Position numbers and translations under genes: made by a program. From Carpediemonas membranifera BICM (lineage: Eukaryota; Protista; Fornicata): a stretch of DNA of 64,000 nucleotides. The DNA lies in assembly GCA_019828565.1 (NCBI GenBank), contig JAHDYR010000011.1:421314-485313 (forward strand), read 5' to 3'. Below, piece by piece: positions 20,631 to 33,300 of this stretch. The notes beneath the pieces are model-generated. The model did no database searches. It was not told where the DNA came from and saw nothing but the letters and a program-made list of their open reading frames with translations. Every line of letters starts with the position of its first letter. The stretch's first letter is position 1.

Positions 20631-23600
20631 GCAGCTTGGTGCAAGACAGGAGTCAACACGGAGGGCAGAGGCGCAATAAGGGCACAAGGACAGGAGACGC
20701 CGCTCAGCAACAAGCTCGTCTTCTCTGACGTCAGGGCCAGGGTGATCAATGCCACCAGCCGCCGCCAAAAGAGGGACAGGGAAGAAGAGTCAGACAACGA
20801 GAGCGGCGCACAGACCAGCCAAGAGGAAGACCCCAAACCCAAGGTCGTGTTGACACAAGCGGAAGGAGTGAGCGCCAGAAGGGGCCTTGGAGCCGAGCTT
20901 GATCAGCAGGAAGAAGAGAGCATACCCCGAGCATCAGAGGGAAGTGCATCAGCAGGGAGCCTACCGGAGGCATTGCAGAGTCAGGGTCAGAAGAAGCTCA
21001 TCCTCGGTTCTAGCGACTTCGAGTGTGGAGATCCTGGGAGTGAGAGGGCAGGGATCAGTGCGGTGCCGACAGAGGGGGGGCTCGTGCTAGTGGACGTCGA
21101 GACGGGGGAGGTCGTTGGCCATGGCCACGGCCTCTTCTATGAGCCCAACCTGCCGGCCAACAAGGTGGACCAGAGCAGATACGCGACGTGGGCAGTGACG
21201 GGGATTCCCCCAGCGACGTTCGTGGAAGTGGACACAGGGGAGGTGCCGATGGACTATCAGCAGCACTTCAGCAGATTTAGAGAGTGGGCCACGCGGCTCG
21301 CAGCCAAGCTGAGAAAGAAAGAAAGAAATTTATGGTGCTTGGATTCTGACCCCGGACTGAGCTTGTTTCCCGTTGTCTTGGAGCTGAGTGCCCCGGGGTA
21401 CTGCCTATTTCCCGTGGCAAACTGGTCAGCAGCGTTTGCCTTGGGCTTTCGGTGCTACTGTCTCCGCGGAAAGCCGATTCCAATCGCCCCAGAGGCCCTG
21501 CGGCCATCTCCGTGCAAATATGCTTTCCTGTCTCCCTGAAAGTCCGGCAACTATCCGGGGAGCCTGGGGGTCTGTCCTCGGGGCATTGACAGGCAGGATC
21601 GTCCTGCAGAACCTTGACTATGACACTCCTTGCTTCCCTGCAGTCCTTGTAGAGCCGTTCAGCCACGGCACCCTCTCGTCTGTCCGGTTCCCCAATTCCA
21701 TGCCCCCTCGACTCTGTTAAGAAGCCTACCCGAAGGCGGGGAAAGTGACTAAGTCCATGCTGTCTACCCCGGTTAGGTGGCGTGGGTCAGGGCATGGGTG
21801 GTGTACCCCCAGGCACTAGGCCTGGTTGTCCTGTTACCCCTTACAACATTTCGCTTGCACTACATGTCCTTGGTTTCCCATGTCGTTAACAAGGGCGGCA
21901 GGGGCACCTGTGCCCCTCCGACCCCCGTGGCCAGTCCCTGCAGTTTCCTTGGGGTCCCAACGAGTGGTGCAACCATATGAATATGGATTTCCTTGACCTT
22001 ATCCTTGCTCTGTCCTTGTTGCATGTCCTTTCTTTCTTATTTCTGATCTGTCCTTCCCTGTTCTTTCCTTGCAGTCGTTCCTTCCCTTGCTTTGGTTCCT
22101 GGCTACCGGGATACGTGGGGCCTTTCCTCACTGATCCCAGGAGCTTAGCACCCAGCGAGGGTGGTCCATGGCTGATTCCTTGTCCATCCCTTCCCGGTCC
22201 TGGAGTCAGGGGTTCATGACATGCTTCTATTCCACCTTGAAGCTGTTGTAAACCTTTGCCAGTTCCCGTAGTCCTGCCGTGAGGCCTTCCCAAATGTCCT
22301 CCGAGCCCCATATTATTAGTTGCAGCCAAGCTGAGAGACAGAGAGACCAGGGAGAACTGGAAGCTAGTCCTTCATGCCAAGGGCGTCCACATGGAGAAGT
22401 TCCTCCTGACGAACGAGGTCAACGGGCTCAACAGGGACACCAGGGACTTCTTTAGAATGAGGCTGGTGGACGATAGCGAGCTGGCCGACGCCATCGAGGA
22501 GCTCGCCCCGGATAAGGCAAGAGAGTACAGGGCAAACTACGAGATCAAGAACTACAGGGAGATGGCAGATATATGGGCCAGCCAATGGCAGCGCAGGGAG
22601 CTCCCGAAGGGGGCCTGTCCGTACCACAGGCACACTGCAGGGTGCTACCATTGTGCGCTGGCAGATGCAACGTTGTTCGCGGCGAAGGTGTGGGGCATGA
22701 TGCTGAAGAAGATGAGCACGCCGGATCTGGAGAGTGCGATGGGTAACGCTTTCAACAGCATGTATGACACGGTCAGGGACGCAGGGATCAGAGACGACCT
22801 CTGCGGAGGCAACGGAGTAGCGTACAGGCGTGAGACCTTCAACATCTTCGGAGGGCACCCGTACGGCAACAGCAGGGACCTAAGCAGGGAAGAGGGCGAC
22901 CGCATCCTAGTGGTCCCGGACAACGATCACTGCTATGGGATCGGCTTCGGATTCAGCGAGGTCATTAAGGGTATGAAGGGCATTCTATTGGCCCCAACCA
23001 CGGTCATGGAGAGAGGAGTCACCACGAGAGTCCCCATATGGTCGATCCATGAGAACACGACCCACATTCAGAGACTGATGTTGCAGGGAAGAGCTGGCAG
23101 GGCAGTTACTAGGGACGAGGACATCGTCACCATCGCGATGGTCTACAGCTGGTGGCCCTCAAGGGAGGATACTGCTCATCAGGGTCAGCCGGGAGTCCAC
23201 GACCTGGCAGAGAGCGTCAGACGCGAGGAGAAAGCCATAGCGAACGTCAGGGCACCCCCAGGGTATAGCGCAACCATCAGAGCGGCCTTCATCCCGAGAG
23301 ACTGGGGGCTGTATCAGGGTCAGAGAGGCAGGGACGACACTGGGACGGATGAAGAAGGTGGGGACCCGTATGGTGTCCACGACCATCCCGCCAGAGGATA
23401 ACTGCAAGATCACCCAGAGGCCGACGGTTAAGTACATCCCGTCAAGAGATGGAAAGGAGGAGAGACCCTACACGGTCGATTACTCGGACATGGGCATAGA
23501 GGGATCTATCAGACGGCTCACCGAGATGATTGGCACGCCGGTCGGGCCAGTAGGCCGAGATGACCTCTATACCAACAACCGCCGAGCCGACGGAACCCTC

Positions 23601-24311
23601 AGAGACGAGAGAGAGCCCAGAAACAACGGCGTCCATCGGTGCGACAGAGAGCGCAGGGACGTCAGGCCTCATCATGAGGACAGAGAGCGCAGGGACGACG
23701 GGCCTCACCATGAGGACAGGGAGCGCAGAGAGGTCAGGCCTCACCACGAGGACAGAGAGCGCAGGGACGACGGGCCTCACCATGAGGACAGAGAGCGCAG
23801 GGACGATCAGGGCAGATACTCCGGAGAGAGCAGACGCCGCTCACCCCCTCATGGGACCGGCAAGAGGAGTGGCAAGGACAGGGCGGTGAGCTACACAGGG
23901 GCTGGAAAGAGGGGCAAGCTCGACGGCGACGCCCGTTACGAGGCTGGAAGCAGACAGTCGAGTGACAGCGACGCGGAGAGGGACGAACTCAGGAAGGAAC
24001 TTGATGAAGCCAAGAAGCTGATTCTCGCACTCAGGGCCAGGGACAGCAGGGAGGAGGAGCAGGCGACGCCAACCCCAGCACCGGCTGACACCCAGGGAAA
24101 CCAGGGTACCGGCAAGGAGCACAGGGTAGTCCGTCACAAGAAGAGGACTCGGACAAAGAGGTCTCGCAAGCCGAGACAGCTAAACCAGATGGAGCTAGTG
24201 GCCCAGATCGTGTCAACGGTGATGAAGACCATGCAGCAACAACAGGGGATGGCAACCGAGAACCAGAGCGATGATGGCAGTGACAGTGGCAACTCAACGG
24301 AGACCGATTAA
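20631..24311 (+). CDS. LINE-B ORF1 (interrupted by LINE-C at 21315-22321; one frameshift near 23305)
   Basis: Removing LINE-C and one TSD joins RLAAKLR|DRETRENWK..HMEKFLL in frame. Continues into ORF 23349-24311 across a G5 run. Confidence 0.8.
21315..22321 (-). mobile_element. LINE-C: 5'-truncated antisense copy of a LINE-B relative (end of ORF2 + 3' UTR)
   Basis: TSD GCAGCCAAGCTGAGA at 21300-21314 and 22322-22336. The - strand encodes GSEDIWEGLTAGLRELAKVYNSF* (compare LINE-B GSEEIWEGLRAGLRALAKVYDSY). Ends caccataaat(ttct)n. Confidence 0.93.
23643..23806 (+). repeat. 36-bp tandem repeat x4.5 within ORF1 (DRERRDxxPHHE)
   Basis: gacagagagcgcagggacg..ggcctcaccatgag units with two alternating variants. 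Confidence 0.95.
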
Positions 24312-24357
24312 GCAGGGTAAAGTGGTATTCTTTGAGAGTGATAGTGACAGTTGTCAG

Positions 24358-24560
24358 TTCTTTTCTTTTAATCCAACCCTGGCTCCCACCCAGGGTCCGG
24401 CATTAGCTGAAATGCACTGCCGGTGGGCTGTGGCGGCAGCCAAAGGGGGGTCACGCCAATGCGCCCCCTCCTAAGTATCCCTGCCCGAAGGTAAGGATGG
24501 TCACCAGGGTAACCCATAGTTGGCCCGCCATGGGTAACCGGAGCCGGCACGAAGGCCCCG
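24358..24560 (+). other. Conserved multi-hairpin inter-ORF RNA structure (IRES-like candidate), LINE-B copy
   Basis: Same ordered hairpin series as 14075-14290, with different loops and altered stems. Confidence 0.55.
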
Positions 24561-24628
24561 TGACGGGACAAGGGCAGATTGCAGGGAATTTCCGAAAATT
24601 CGCAGGATAGGAAAGACGGAGTACAAGA

Positions 24629-27600
24629 ATGGAAACGATCAAGATAGCGAGCCTGAACACTGAGGGACACATCGGGAAGGGAAAGGACTTCACGGCCTCA
24701 ATGGCAACGGCTATAAGGATGAAACTGAGCGACACAGATGCAGTATGCATCCAAGAAACGTGGAGGACGGCGAATACGAGGGTACACAACTTCATAGACT
24801 TCGACTACGCAATGGCAGGGAAGGAAACAGAGGAGGAGCTAGCTATGGACAACGAGAGGAGGAAGAAAGAAGCCCAAAGCCAGCGCCGAATAGATGCCCA
24901 GCTGGGCATAGCAGGGAGCAGTAGCCGGACGCCCAGGACGAGGGGTACTAGAGAAGGAGTGGGCACAATCATCAACCCAAGAGCAAGAGGGAGCTGGGAC
25001 GTAGGCATCACAGATAGCTTATCAGGGAGGATACAGGTGAGCATACTCAGAACCCATAGGGACATCCTGGTGATCAACGTGTATGGCCCACCGGTCGGCC
25101 ACGGAAGGGAGGAGAAGGACGAGTTCAGGGACGGAATAAGGAGCATTATGGAGATGAAAGGAGAGATGGAAACAATCATCATAGGGGACTGGAACCTCGA
25201 CCCCAAAAGGATAGCCACAATGGCAAGATGGAAGGACCTGATCAGGGACTATAAGCTGGGAGCAGTGATCCCCATGGAAGGTACCCTCACCAAGGGAACT
25301 ACCACTCCGGACTTCGCGCTGGTATCATCAGGGATCAGAGGAGCAAGGATAGAAGTACTGGATGCTAGTCGACTCGGAGTCTGGGGGTCAGCCCACAACA
25401 TGATAAGACTGGAATGGAGGGAACAACGGATCCAACGGACTACAAAGAGAGAGGAAGTCCTAGACATACCGGGCGTCAGAGTGTGGAACATGAGGAAGAA
25501 GGCTGAACGCACATCAGTCAGAAGACTGCACCGTTTTAAGAGCCTGGATGAGTGGGAGGAGGATATCAGGAAGGATATGGGCGAGCCGTCAGGTCACCCA
25601 GGCAGTGGAGACAGGGAAGAGGTCATCAAAGAAAAGGTGTGGTCAGAACTCCGGCACACACCATGGACAGAAGAGGGAAACAAGACCAGAAGTGAGATCA
25701 TGAAGCGTGAGCTACAGGCCTTCTGGGGAAAACGCAGGGAAGAGTGGATCCAGGACCTCAGCCGGAGCGCGAAGGAAGGATACAAAGCATCCAGGTCCAT
25801 GGTGGAAGCAGCGGTAAGAAGATGGTGGTGTGAAAACCAGTTCAAGGGCATGCCAGAGAGCATACTGAAGGACGGGAAGATTACCACCAACAAGGAAGAA
25901 ATAGGTAAGATCCTCCTACAACAGTATGCAGGAGTGAGCAGGGGCAGGGAACCGGAGTGGAAGGATAGAGGCAATGGAAAGAGGGAGGACGAATTTAAGG
26001 AGAGAGAAATACGAGAAGCGATCAGAAGGATAAAGAGGGACACTGCACCGGGACCGGACCACACTACAGGGGACATGCTCAGGGACACAGATGACCAGGG
26101 GATCGCTCAGATAACTAGGCTCATGAACAGGGTATACAGGGAGGGCAAGATCCCGACAGCATGGAAGTATGCTACAGTCTCGGCCATCCACAAGACAGGG
26201 AAGCCCAGAGTGAAGCCGGAGTCGTACAGACCCATCTCGCTAACACCACTACTGTATAGGGTGTATGGTAGGCTCCTGAAGAGAAGATTAGAAGCAGCCA
26301 CATGGCACCTCATCCCAAGAGAGCAAGCAGGGTTCCAATCGGATAAGGACGTAATACAACAGATACAATACATCGTGCAGAGACACCAGGAAGGGGGGGA
26401 GACCACGTCGATCTTCCTAGACATAGAGAAAGCCTATGACACCGTCCCGAGGGACATCCTCATGGATAAGCTGCAGGGAATGGGGGTCGAAGACCACCTC
26501 ATCAGGGCAATACAGAGTACACTAGAAGAGACATGGATCTCGGTGAAGGGGGCAGGGTCATGGGAGAGAACAAACAGGGGAGTGAAACAAGGATGTGTCC
26601 TAGCGCCGACCCTGTTCGTTTTTTTCATGGCAAACTGGCCTCACCTGGTCAGGAAGAAGCATCAGGGACAAGAGTACGATATCAGGGAACCACCAACGGA
26701 GTTACCAAGAGTCCGGGACACGCTGCCGGCCACCCTAACCATGTTCGTGGACGATACAGCGGTCACAGGGGAGACACCGGAAAAGAGCAAGATAGTGGCG
26801 AACCTAGTCATAGAAGTTATCAAGGAGCACCTCATGAGGGCAAATGCACAAAAGAGTGAGATGATCAGTGTAGACAGGGCAGCAGTGGCGAGAGTGGGGG
26901 AGTTACCCTAATGGCAAAGAGGAAGCTAAGTACCTAGGTCTCTGGATAGCCAGCGGAAAAGACCCACTGGCAGCCTGTATCAGAAAGAAGCGGGAGCAGA
27001 GCGAAAGGTACAAGAAGCTAGTGAGAAGAGTGGGATGGACCAGAGGCAACATGCCGGCGCTAGCCAGCAGGCTCCTCCTCGAAGTTTACATATGGCCGAG
27101 GATAATGTTTGGAGTGGAGGTGTGGGGCTACGCAGCAGGGGGGAACAAGATATGGACGGATTGGCAGGGCATCATGGCCGGAACAGGCCCAGGTGGGGGC
27201 TCGGTCATGCGCATCTTGAACGGATGGATGGACCTGCAAGCCCACCTGGAGATGCTAGCAGTCAAGAGGATCGTGACAAGCAGGGGCCAGGATATACCAA
27301 TCAGAGACAGGGTCTGGAAGGAGGGATCGATTATGTGGAAAGCCAGGGACTCAGTGAACGCACTCCTCAGAGGAACAAGAGAGGGAGCAACGAATGCAGG
27401 GAAGATAGACTTTGGTAGGGAGATGGTAAGAATGAACTGGACCAGGAGGTGCAAGAGCAAGACAGCGGTGGGGCTCATGGAAGTCCTAGGACCCAAACGT
27501 ATGGGAAAGTGCATGGCGGGGAAACCGGCCATAAGTAGGAAGACAGGGAAGTGGCAGTCAAGGGCAGAGTGGAAAAGGATAGTGTCGGTGGCAGCGAATG

Positions 27601-28076
27601 TCAGCCCGTCTCCATCATCAGCGGAAAGGGGAGAAGGCCCAGAGCGAGCGCTGGCGGACCTGGCGATGGGTGAGGAACTCAAACACAAGATACAAAGGAG
27701 GTGCCCCCTGTGCACAAAGGAGAGCGAGATAGAGTTACTGTGGCAAATAGCGAGAGAGCAGCCAAACCAAGCCAGGAAGCAGGCACTAATCAGGGAGTGG
27801 GTAAGGGGTCAGCCGCTGGGATCGGCGGCCCACATTATGTGTGAGTGCCCAGAGGTTGAAAGAGGAGATGACTGGGAAAAGATATGGAAGACAGCTAAGG
27901 AGAGGACCAGGGAATTGCAAGTCAGAAGAGGCCCGAATGGGAGGTGGTATGAGAAGAGGCCAATCTTAGAGGTGCAACAACTAGTGTTAACAGGGTCGGA
28001 AGAGATATGGGAAGGACTGCGAGCTGGGCTGAGAGCCCTGGCAAAGGTCTATGATAGCTATAGAATAGATGGATAG
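24629..28076 (+). CDS. LINE-B ORF2: APE endonuclease, reverse transcriptase, zinc finger (one frameshift near 26908)
   Basis: SLNTEG, CIQETW, INVYGP, IGDWN, PDF, SAH; APGPD, SYRPISL, QAGF, LDIEKAYD, GVKQG, MFVDD, KYLGLW; CPLC..HIMCEC. Confidence 0.95.
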
Positions 28077-28850
28077 ATAAGGAACACCACATCCAGAAAG
28101 GGGGCAGGGAAGCATAGACTCTGGGATCAAGGGGAGACCCCCATGTTTCCCAGGGAGAGGGCAGGGCCAGGGACAGAGGAAATCCATCAATTGGATGGTT
28201 GCACCACTCGCGGTGAACCTAAGGAAACTGCAGGGACTGAGCATGGGATACGGGGGACATGACGTCCCCGCCGCCCTTGTGAACGATAGAGGGACGCTGG
28301 GAAGTGTAGCACAAGAGAACTATCATAAGGGGTACTAGGCCTTGCAGATCTAGAGTCTGTGTTAGCCCTAGCCCACGCCGCCTAACAGGGGGTAGATGAG
28401 AGGGACTTAGTTGCTTTCTCCGCCCACGGGTAGGCCACTTAACAGGGTCGTGGGGGCACTGAACAGGGAATCTGGAAAGAGGAGAGGGTGCCATGCTTGA
28501 ACGACCCCGTAGGGACTGCAGGGAATCAGGGAGTGCTATAGAGAAGGTCTTGCAGGACAAACCTGCCTGTGGAAGCACCGAGGACAGACCCCCAGGCTCC
28601 CTGGAAGCTGCCGGGTTTACAGGGAGACAGGAAAGCGCTCAGCGCACGGAGATGGCGAAGGCCTATGGGGGGAAGTGAAATCGGGAGTGAGCGGAAGCAG
28701 TAGCACCGAATCGCTCGTTGGACGCAGCTGACAAGTTCAATCGCAGGGAGGAGGCAGCGCCCCGGGGAACTCGGCTCCAGTAATAAGGGAGATCAGCCTA
28801 AGTAACCGGGGCCCGATACCAGGCACCATAAATTTTCCTTCTTTCTTTCT

Positions 28851-29574
28851 TGGTGACTCCTAGGTACTCCAGGCGTTGTGTGGGAGTTAGGATGCACTTG
28901 TTGAGCCCTGGGATAGCTCCCAGCGACCTCATGAGCGCGACTATTTGGGGAGCGGCGTCTGCTAGGTGGCGACGTGACCGATGTGAGATGAGAAAGTCGT
29001 CGAGGTACACCGCTATTGTCACGTTGAAGCGGTTCGCGAGTATCTTTGCTAGCTGGATGGACGTAGACTGGAACACGAACGGGGCAGCGGTCCAGCCGAA
29101 CCCTAGTGTGTTGTATCTGTACGCCTGCCCGTTCGGGAGGACGATCCCCAGTAGCGTGGAGTCGGTCGGAGCCACACCCATCTGGTGGTAGCCGGAGGCT
29201 AAGTCGATCTTGAGCATGAAGTCGTTGCGCTTGAGGTTGCGCACTGCTCGTTTTAGGCCGAAGAGCCGGAAGACCCGCGTCTCCGCAGTGATTGCGTTGA
29301 GGTCGCGTAGGTCGTGTACCGGGCGGACATCGTGCTCGCCCTTTGCAACCGCGAAGAGCGGGGCACTGTGCCGGAGTTGCCCGCTGGTACAGGGTGAGAT
29401 CACGCCAAGTCGGACCATCTCGTCGAGCTTTGGGGTGAGCCGTGGGTCCAGGCGCCGTTGTGGCGTGGGTGGCGGGGGAGTGCCTGTTAGCTTGATAGGT
29501 ACGCCGTGACGGAGCCAGCCGACCACCTCGTCCGAGGCGCCGAGCCTTTCCCATAACCACCACCTCGCGTTCAT
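28851..29574 (-). CDS. DIRS reverse transcriptase, N-terminal part
   Basis: RPVHDLRDLN, KIDLASGYHQ, LGFGWTAAP, VYLDDFLI, EYLG. Confidence 0.92.
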
Positions 29575-29600
29575 CGACGGGAATTGATGAACAGAGGTTG

Positions 29601-30155
29601 TTATGTTCTCTTCTTCTTGTGAAACCCCCCCATGTTACCGTTGGTGTCCTTACGCCTGCCCTTAGAGCGGGCCTTCGCTGCGCAGTAAGCGATGGTGCGT
29701 CTGCTCTTGCTTTCTGTGCTGTTGAAGAGGTCCTGAAACAGCTCGGTCGTGGCATCGGACCAGTTATCATCTTTGAGGTCTAGGACCATTCTACGAGCCT
29801 GTAGTTCGAGAAGAAGACGTTGTTTCGTCGCGGAATCTGGGAGAGCACTAGTGATCACGACAACGCGTTGAAGCCACTTCGCTTCTGCCTTGAGAGGTCT
29901 CTTGCTTGGTAACTCCGAGAAGGTGTCCATCTCTGCCAGAGTTGCATCTATGTCCTCCATCGTGTCCTCCTCCAACGATTCGGAGGTATTGAACCTAGCA
30001 ACGGTGGAACTTTCGAGCATTTCGTCGTCAGGTTCTTTCTCTGGCGGAGGCGGAGGAGCAAGCCTGTTCAGGGCTTCGGACATGGAATTGATTGAAGCTT
30101 CTAGCTTATCTAAGCGTGTTGCCGTCGGATCCGGCGGATCCGAACCTTGCGCCAT
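29601..30155 (-). CDS. DIRS ORF1 (gag-like)
   Basis: ORF from MAQGSDPP immediately upstream of the RT; the listed ORF's extension to 30299 runs into the Gypsy LTR. Confidence 0.7.
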   Translation of the reverse strand: MAQGSDPPDPTATRLDKLEASINSMSEALNRLAPPPPPEKEPDDEMLESSTVARFNTSESLEEDTMEDIDATLAEMDTFSELPSKRPLKAEAKWLQRVVVITSALPDSATKQRLLLELQARRMVLDLKDDNWSDATTELFQDLFNSTESKSRRTIAYCAAKARSKGRRKDTNGNMGGFHKKKRT

Positions 30156-30237
30156 TCTGTCCGCATAAACTGCGTGACTCGCCTGACCGGCGAAACACCT
30201 TTTGCCCGGAGTGAGGCTATCGCATCGCCCTCCGCTC

Positions 30238-30324
30238 TTTGGCGTATAAAGCGCTGTGGATGGTACTTCATTTAGATTAAATACACACACTAAATACACA
30301 TCAACTGATTACGAAATCACAACA
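30238..30324 (-). repeat. 3' LTR (87 bp)
   Basis: Identical to 34675-34761; TGTTGTG...CGCCAAA on the - strand. Confidence 0.97.
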
Positions 30325-33300
30325 CCTCCGTCTTCTCCAAAGAGCTTGCCGCGCAACTTGTGTGCGTCGATATACGACTCAACTTGTTCGTTTCCTCTCA
30401 CATCCTCATCATAGCACTGATAAGTATCTTCTTCAGGCTCGTAACCGCTCCAGCGTAGTCTGAAAACGATGTTCCCGTCCTCATCGGTCGAATGGCTCAC
30501 TACTGATTCGACAACGTATAATTCATCATCATCATCAAACTTGGCGAGCTCAGATATCTCCTCCTCAGTTAAGAAGGATCGATGGAACCTCCTCAGACGG
30601 TGTACATGTGACACCAGCTCCGCCCTCCCTGAAAAGGCCTGTAAGGCGTATTGGTTGTTCGGAAGCGAGTCTTTCACCATGAATGGGCCTCGGTAATTCG
30701 GGAGCGTCTTGCTACGCGGACCCTTAGGTGGGGCCAGCAGGACATAGTCGCCAGGCTTGAAGACATCAGGCTCTACTGAGGGGGTAGTCCAAGGCAGAGG
30801 ACTGGGTGGCTCTGGCGAGGTCGTGGATCTCCCTCAATCTGCTCAGCAACCCGGAGGTATAAGACGAGGTGGACTCGTAAGAGTCAAGGTTAGGGGTCAA
30901 CGTCCTCGGTAACAGGCTGTTGGATGGGGAAAGGACATCGCCATAGAGCATGGCGTAGGGCGTGGTGTTAATGATCCTGTGCTTGGCGTTGTTCATGACA
31001 AACTGGACCAGAGGTAGACAGGAACTCCAGTCGCTCCAACGTCTTCCAAGGGAAGGCAAGAGGGTCTTCAGATGACGCCTAACCTCGCGATTGGCCCTTT
31101 CAGCTATACCGTTCTGCTGGGAGACGTAAGGGAAAATGGTGGTGTGTTCGATATGCAGAGACCGGTTCAACGCAGCAATGGTGTCGTTGACGAACTGGGA
31201 GCCGTTGTCGGAGTGCAAAAAGTGGGGCAAACCGTGACGTGAGTACACTCTTTCCACCAAGGCCTCGGCAGCGCTGAGAGCGCCAAGGTCACTCAGTGGG
31301 ACCAGCTCGACCCATCTTGTGAAGTTGTCAATAATTGTCAGCACATATTTGGATCCAGACGACTCGTCTACTGGCAGGGGACCAATGGCATCGATAGACA
31401 CCGTGTGAAAAGGGGTGTCGGTGACAAGGTGGCCAAGTTGCGTCTTGACAGTCTTCTGGAGACGGAATTTCTGACAGATGCCACAGCTGGAAATGAAGGT
31501 AGCCGCATCCGAAGACATGTTCTCCCACTCGTGGCCTAGGTCTTTGAGGGTCTGAACAGTGGCGGCTACTCCCTTGTGACCGCTAAGAGCGTTGCCGTGG
31601 ACCTTGCGGAATAGATCAACCTTCTCCTCTTGAGATAGAACGGGGAGGCGAGACTGGACAGCGTTACAGAAGGAAGTTTTCGGTTGGAACATCCTAGACA
31701 GAGTGTCAGCAAGGACATTAGTCTCTCCGGGGATGTAAGCGATCTCGAACATGTACTCTCCTAGTCTGTTCTTCCATCTGTTGACCTTCTCCGACTTGCT
31801 AGCAGTCAAGAAGGTGAGGTTCTTATGGTCAACCTCAGCAACAAAGGAAGTTCCTCTGAGGAAACTGTCGAACTTCAAGACGGCTTCGTAGAGGGCAGCA
31901 GCCTCCTTCTCAGTTATAGACCAGCTCAACTGCGAGCCGGAGAGGGCACGAGAGAAGAAAGAAATGAAGCGGGTCTCGCCATCAATGACTTGGTACAAAA
32001 ACGGCGCCGAGTCCATAGCCCGAAGCATCGGTCTGGAGTCTAAGGGGATGGTTATAGTCAGGATGATGAAGCATGTCCGCATTCCGGAGAATCTCTTTCA
32101 GATCGGACAGAGCTTCGCGGGCTGAGTCGTCCAGAGAGAAGGGAACGGGGGTCTCCTTGAGTAGGCGCAAGAGAGGATGGGCGACCTCAGTATATCGGGG
32201 AACGAATTGACGACAATAGTTGAATATGCCGAGGATCGCGCGCAACTCAGAGAGAGATCTAGGCTCCTGCAGGTTGTCGATATCCAGCAATCTGTCCGGG
32301 TCGATAGTCATGCCACTCTCGTTCACGATGAAACCCAAGAAACGAGCCGAGTCAGTGCCGAACTTGCACTTGTTTCCGGACAAACGGAGATGGTGAGAGA
32401 CGAGGCGGTCCAAGACAGCCTCCAAGTTCTCGAGGAATTCCTCGGCATTCCGGCCGACTACCAGTAGGTCATCAACGTAGATGATCAAGCGTCGCTCTCT
32501 CACGATGTCGTCAAAGATCTCCAACATCACCTTCTGGAAATGGCCGGGGGCGTTCATTAGGCCAAATGGTATCCGCTTGAACTGGAATTGCCCGCTGTGG
32601 CAGACGAAGGAAGTCAGGTAGCGAGAGTCTTCGTGCAGCTCGAACTGGTGGTACCCGGAACGGAGGTCTAATGAGGCAAAAGTACTTCATACCGGCAGCC
32701 TGTCTTAGCAAGGTATCGCAGCCTTGGAGAGGCACGGGTTCCGGCACCGTCACGGCGTTGACTTGAACATAATCCAAGACCATTCTCTCCTTATCCTTCT
32801 GGTGAACATAGAAAAGAGGCGAGGCCCAGGGGGACGAGCTGCGCTCGATAATGTCGCGAGCGAGAAGGTCGTCGATGATGTCGTCGGTCATCTCTCTCAG
32901 AGGCTTGGACATGTTGTAGGGCTTCGCGGCAACCGGTTCGGCACCTTCCCGCAGCCTCACTATCATGGGCCTGGCCTTGGCTGGGAGGGAGTCTGGCTTC
33001 TCAAACAACTCTCGATACCGATTCAAAAGGGAACAGACACGCTGCTTTATAGCAGGAATCGTGTCCGCAGTAGCAGTCTCGATTAATGAGTCGACAGAAG
33101 AAGGAATGTCTGCAAGGGGATCGTGTGAAGCGTCAGAGGTTTCGGGACGACCAAGTGTAACCGCGTCGGGGTTGAGGAGCCCCAAGTGAGACGAGATCTC
33201 CTCAGAGAGGATGAGAGGGACATTCAAGTCCGGCATCACATGCACCACACATGTCTCGGAGATAGCGGAAGGAACGCAGCCGGGTCTCTTGTGCGTTATC

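Larger units (their letters stand above)
20630..28850 (+). mobile_element. Non-LTR retrotransposon LINE-B (ORF1 + ORF2) inserted in DIRS RT
   Basis: 15-bp TSD TGGTGACTCCTAGGT at 20615-20629 and 28851-28865; pyrimidine tail ..ttttccttctttctttct. Confidence 0.95.

Noticed and set aside
23643-23806. 36-bp repeats as a CRISPR array
   Set aside because: No spacers; it is an in-frame coding tandem repeat in a eukaryotic retroelement.
21315-28850. Inverted similarity between 21.3-22.3 kb and 28.0-28.85 kb as terminal inverted repeats of one element
   Set aside because: Explained by an antisense truncated LINE copy with its own 15-bp TSD.
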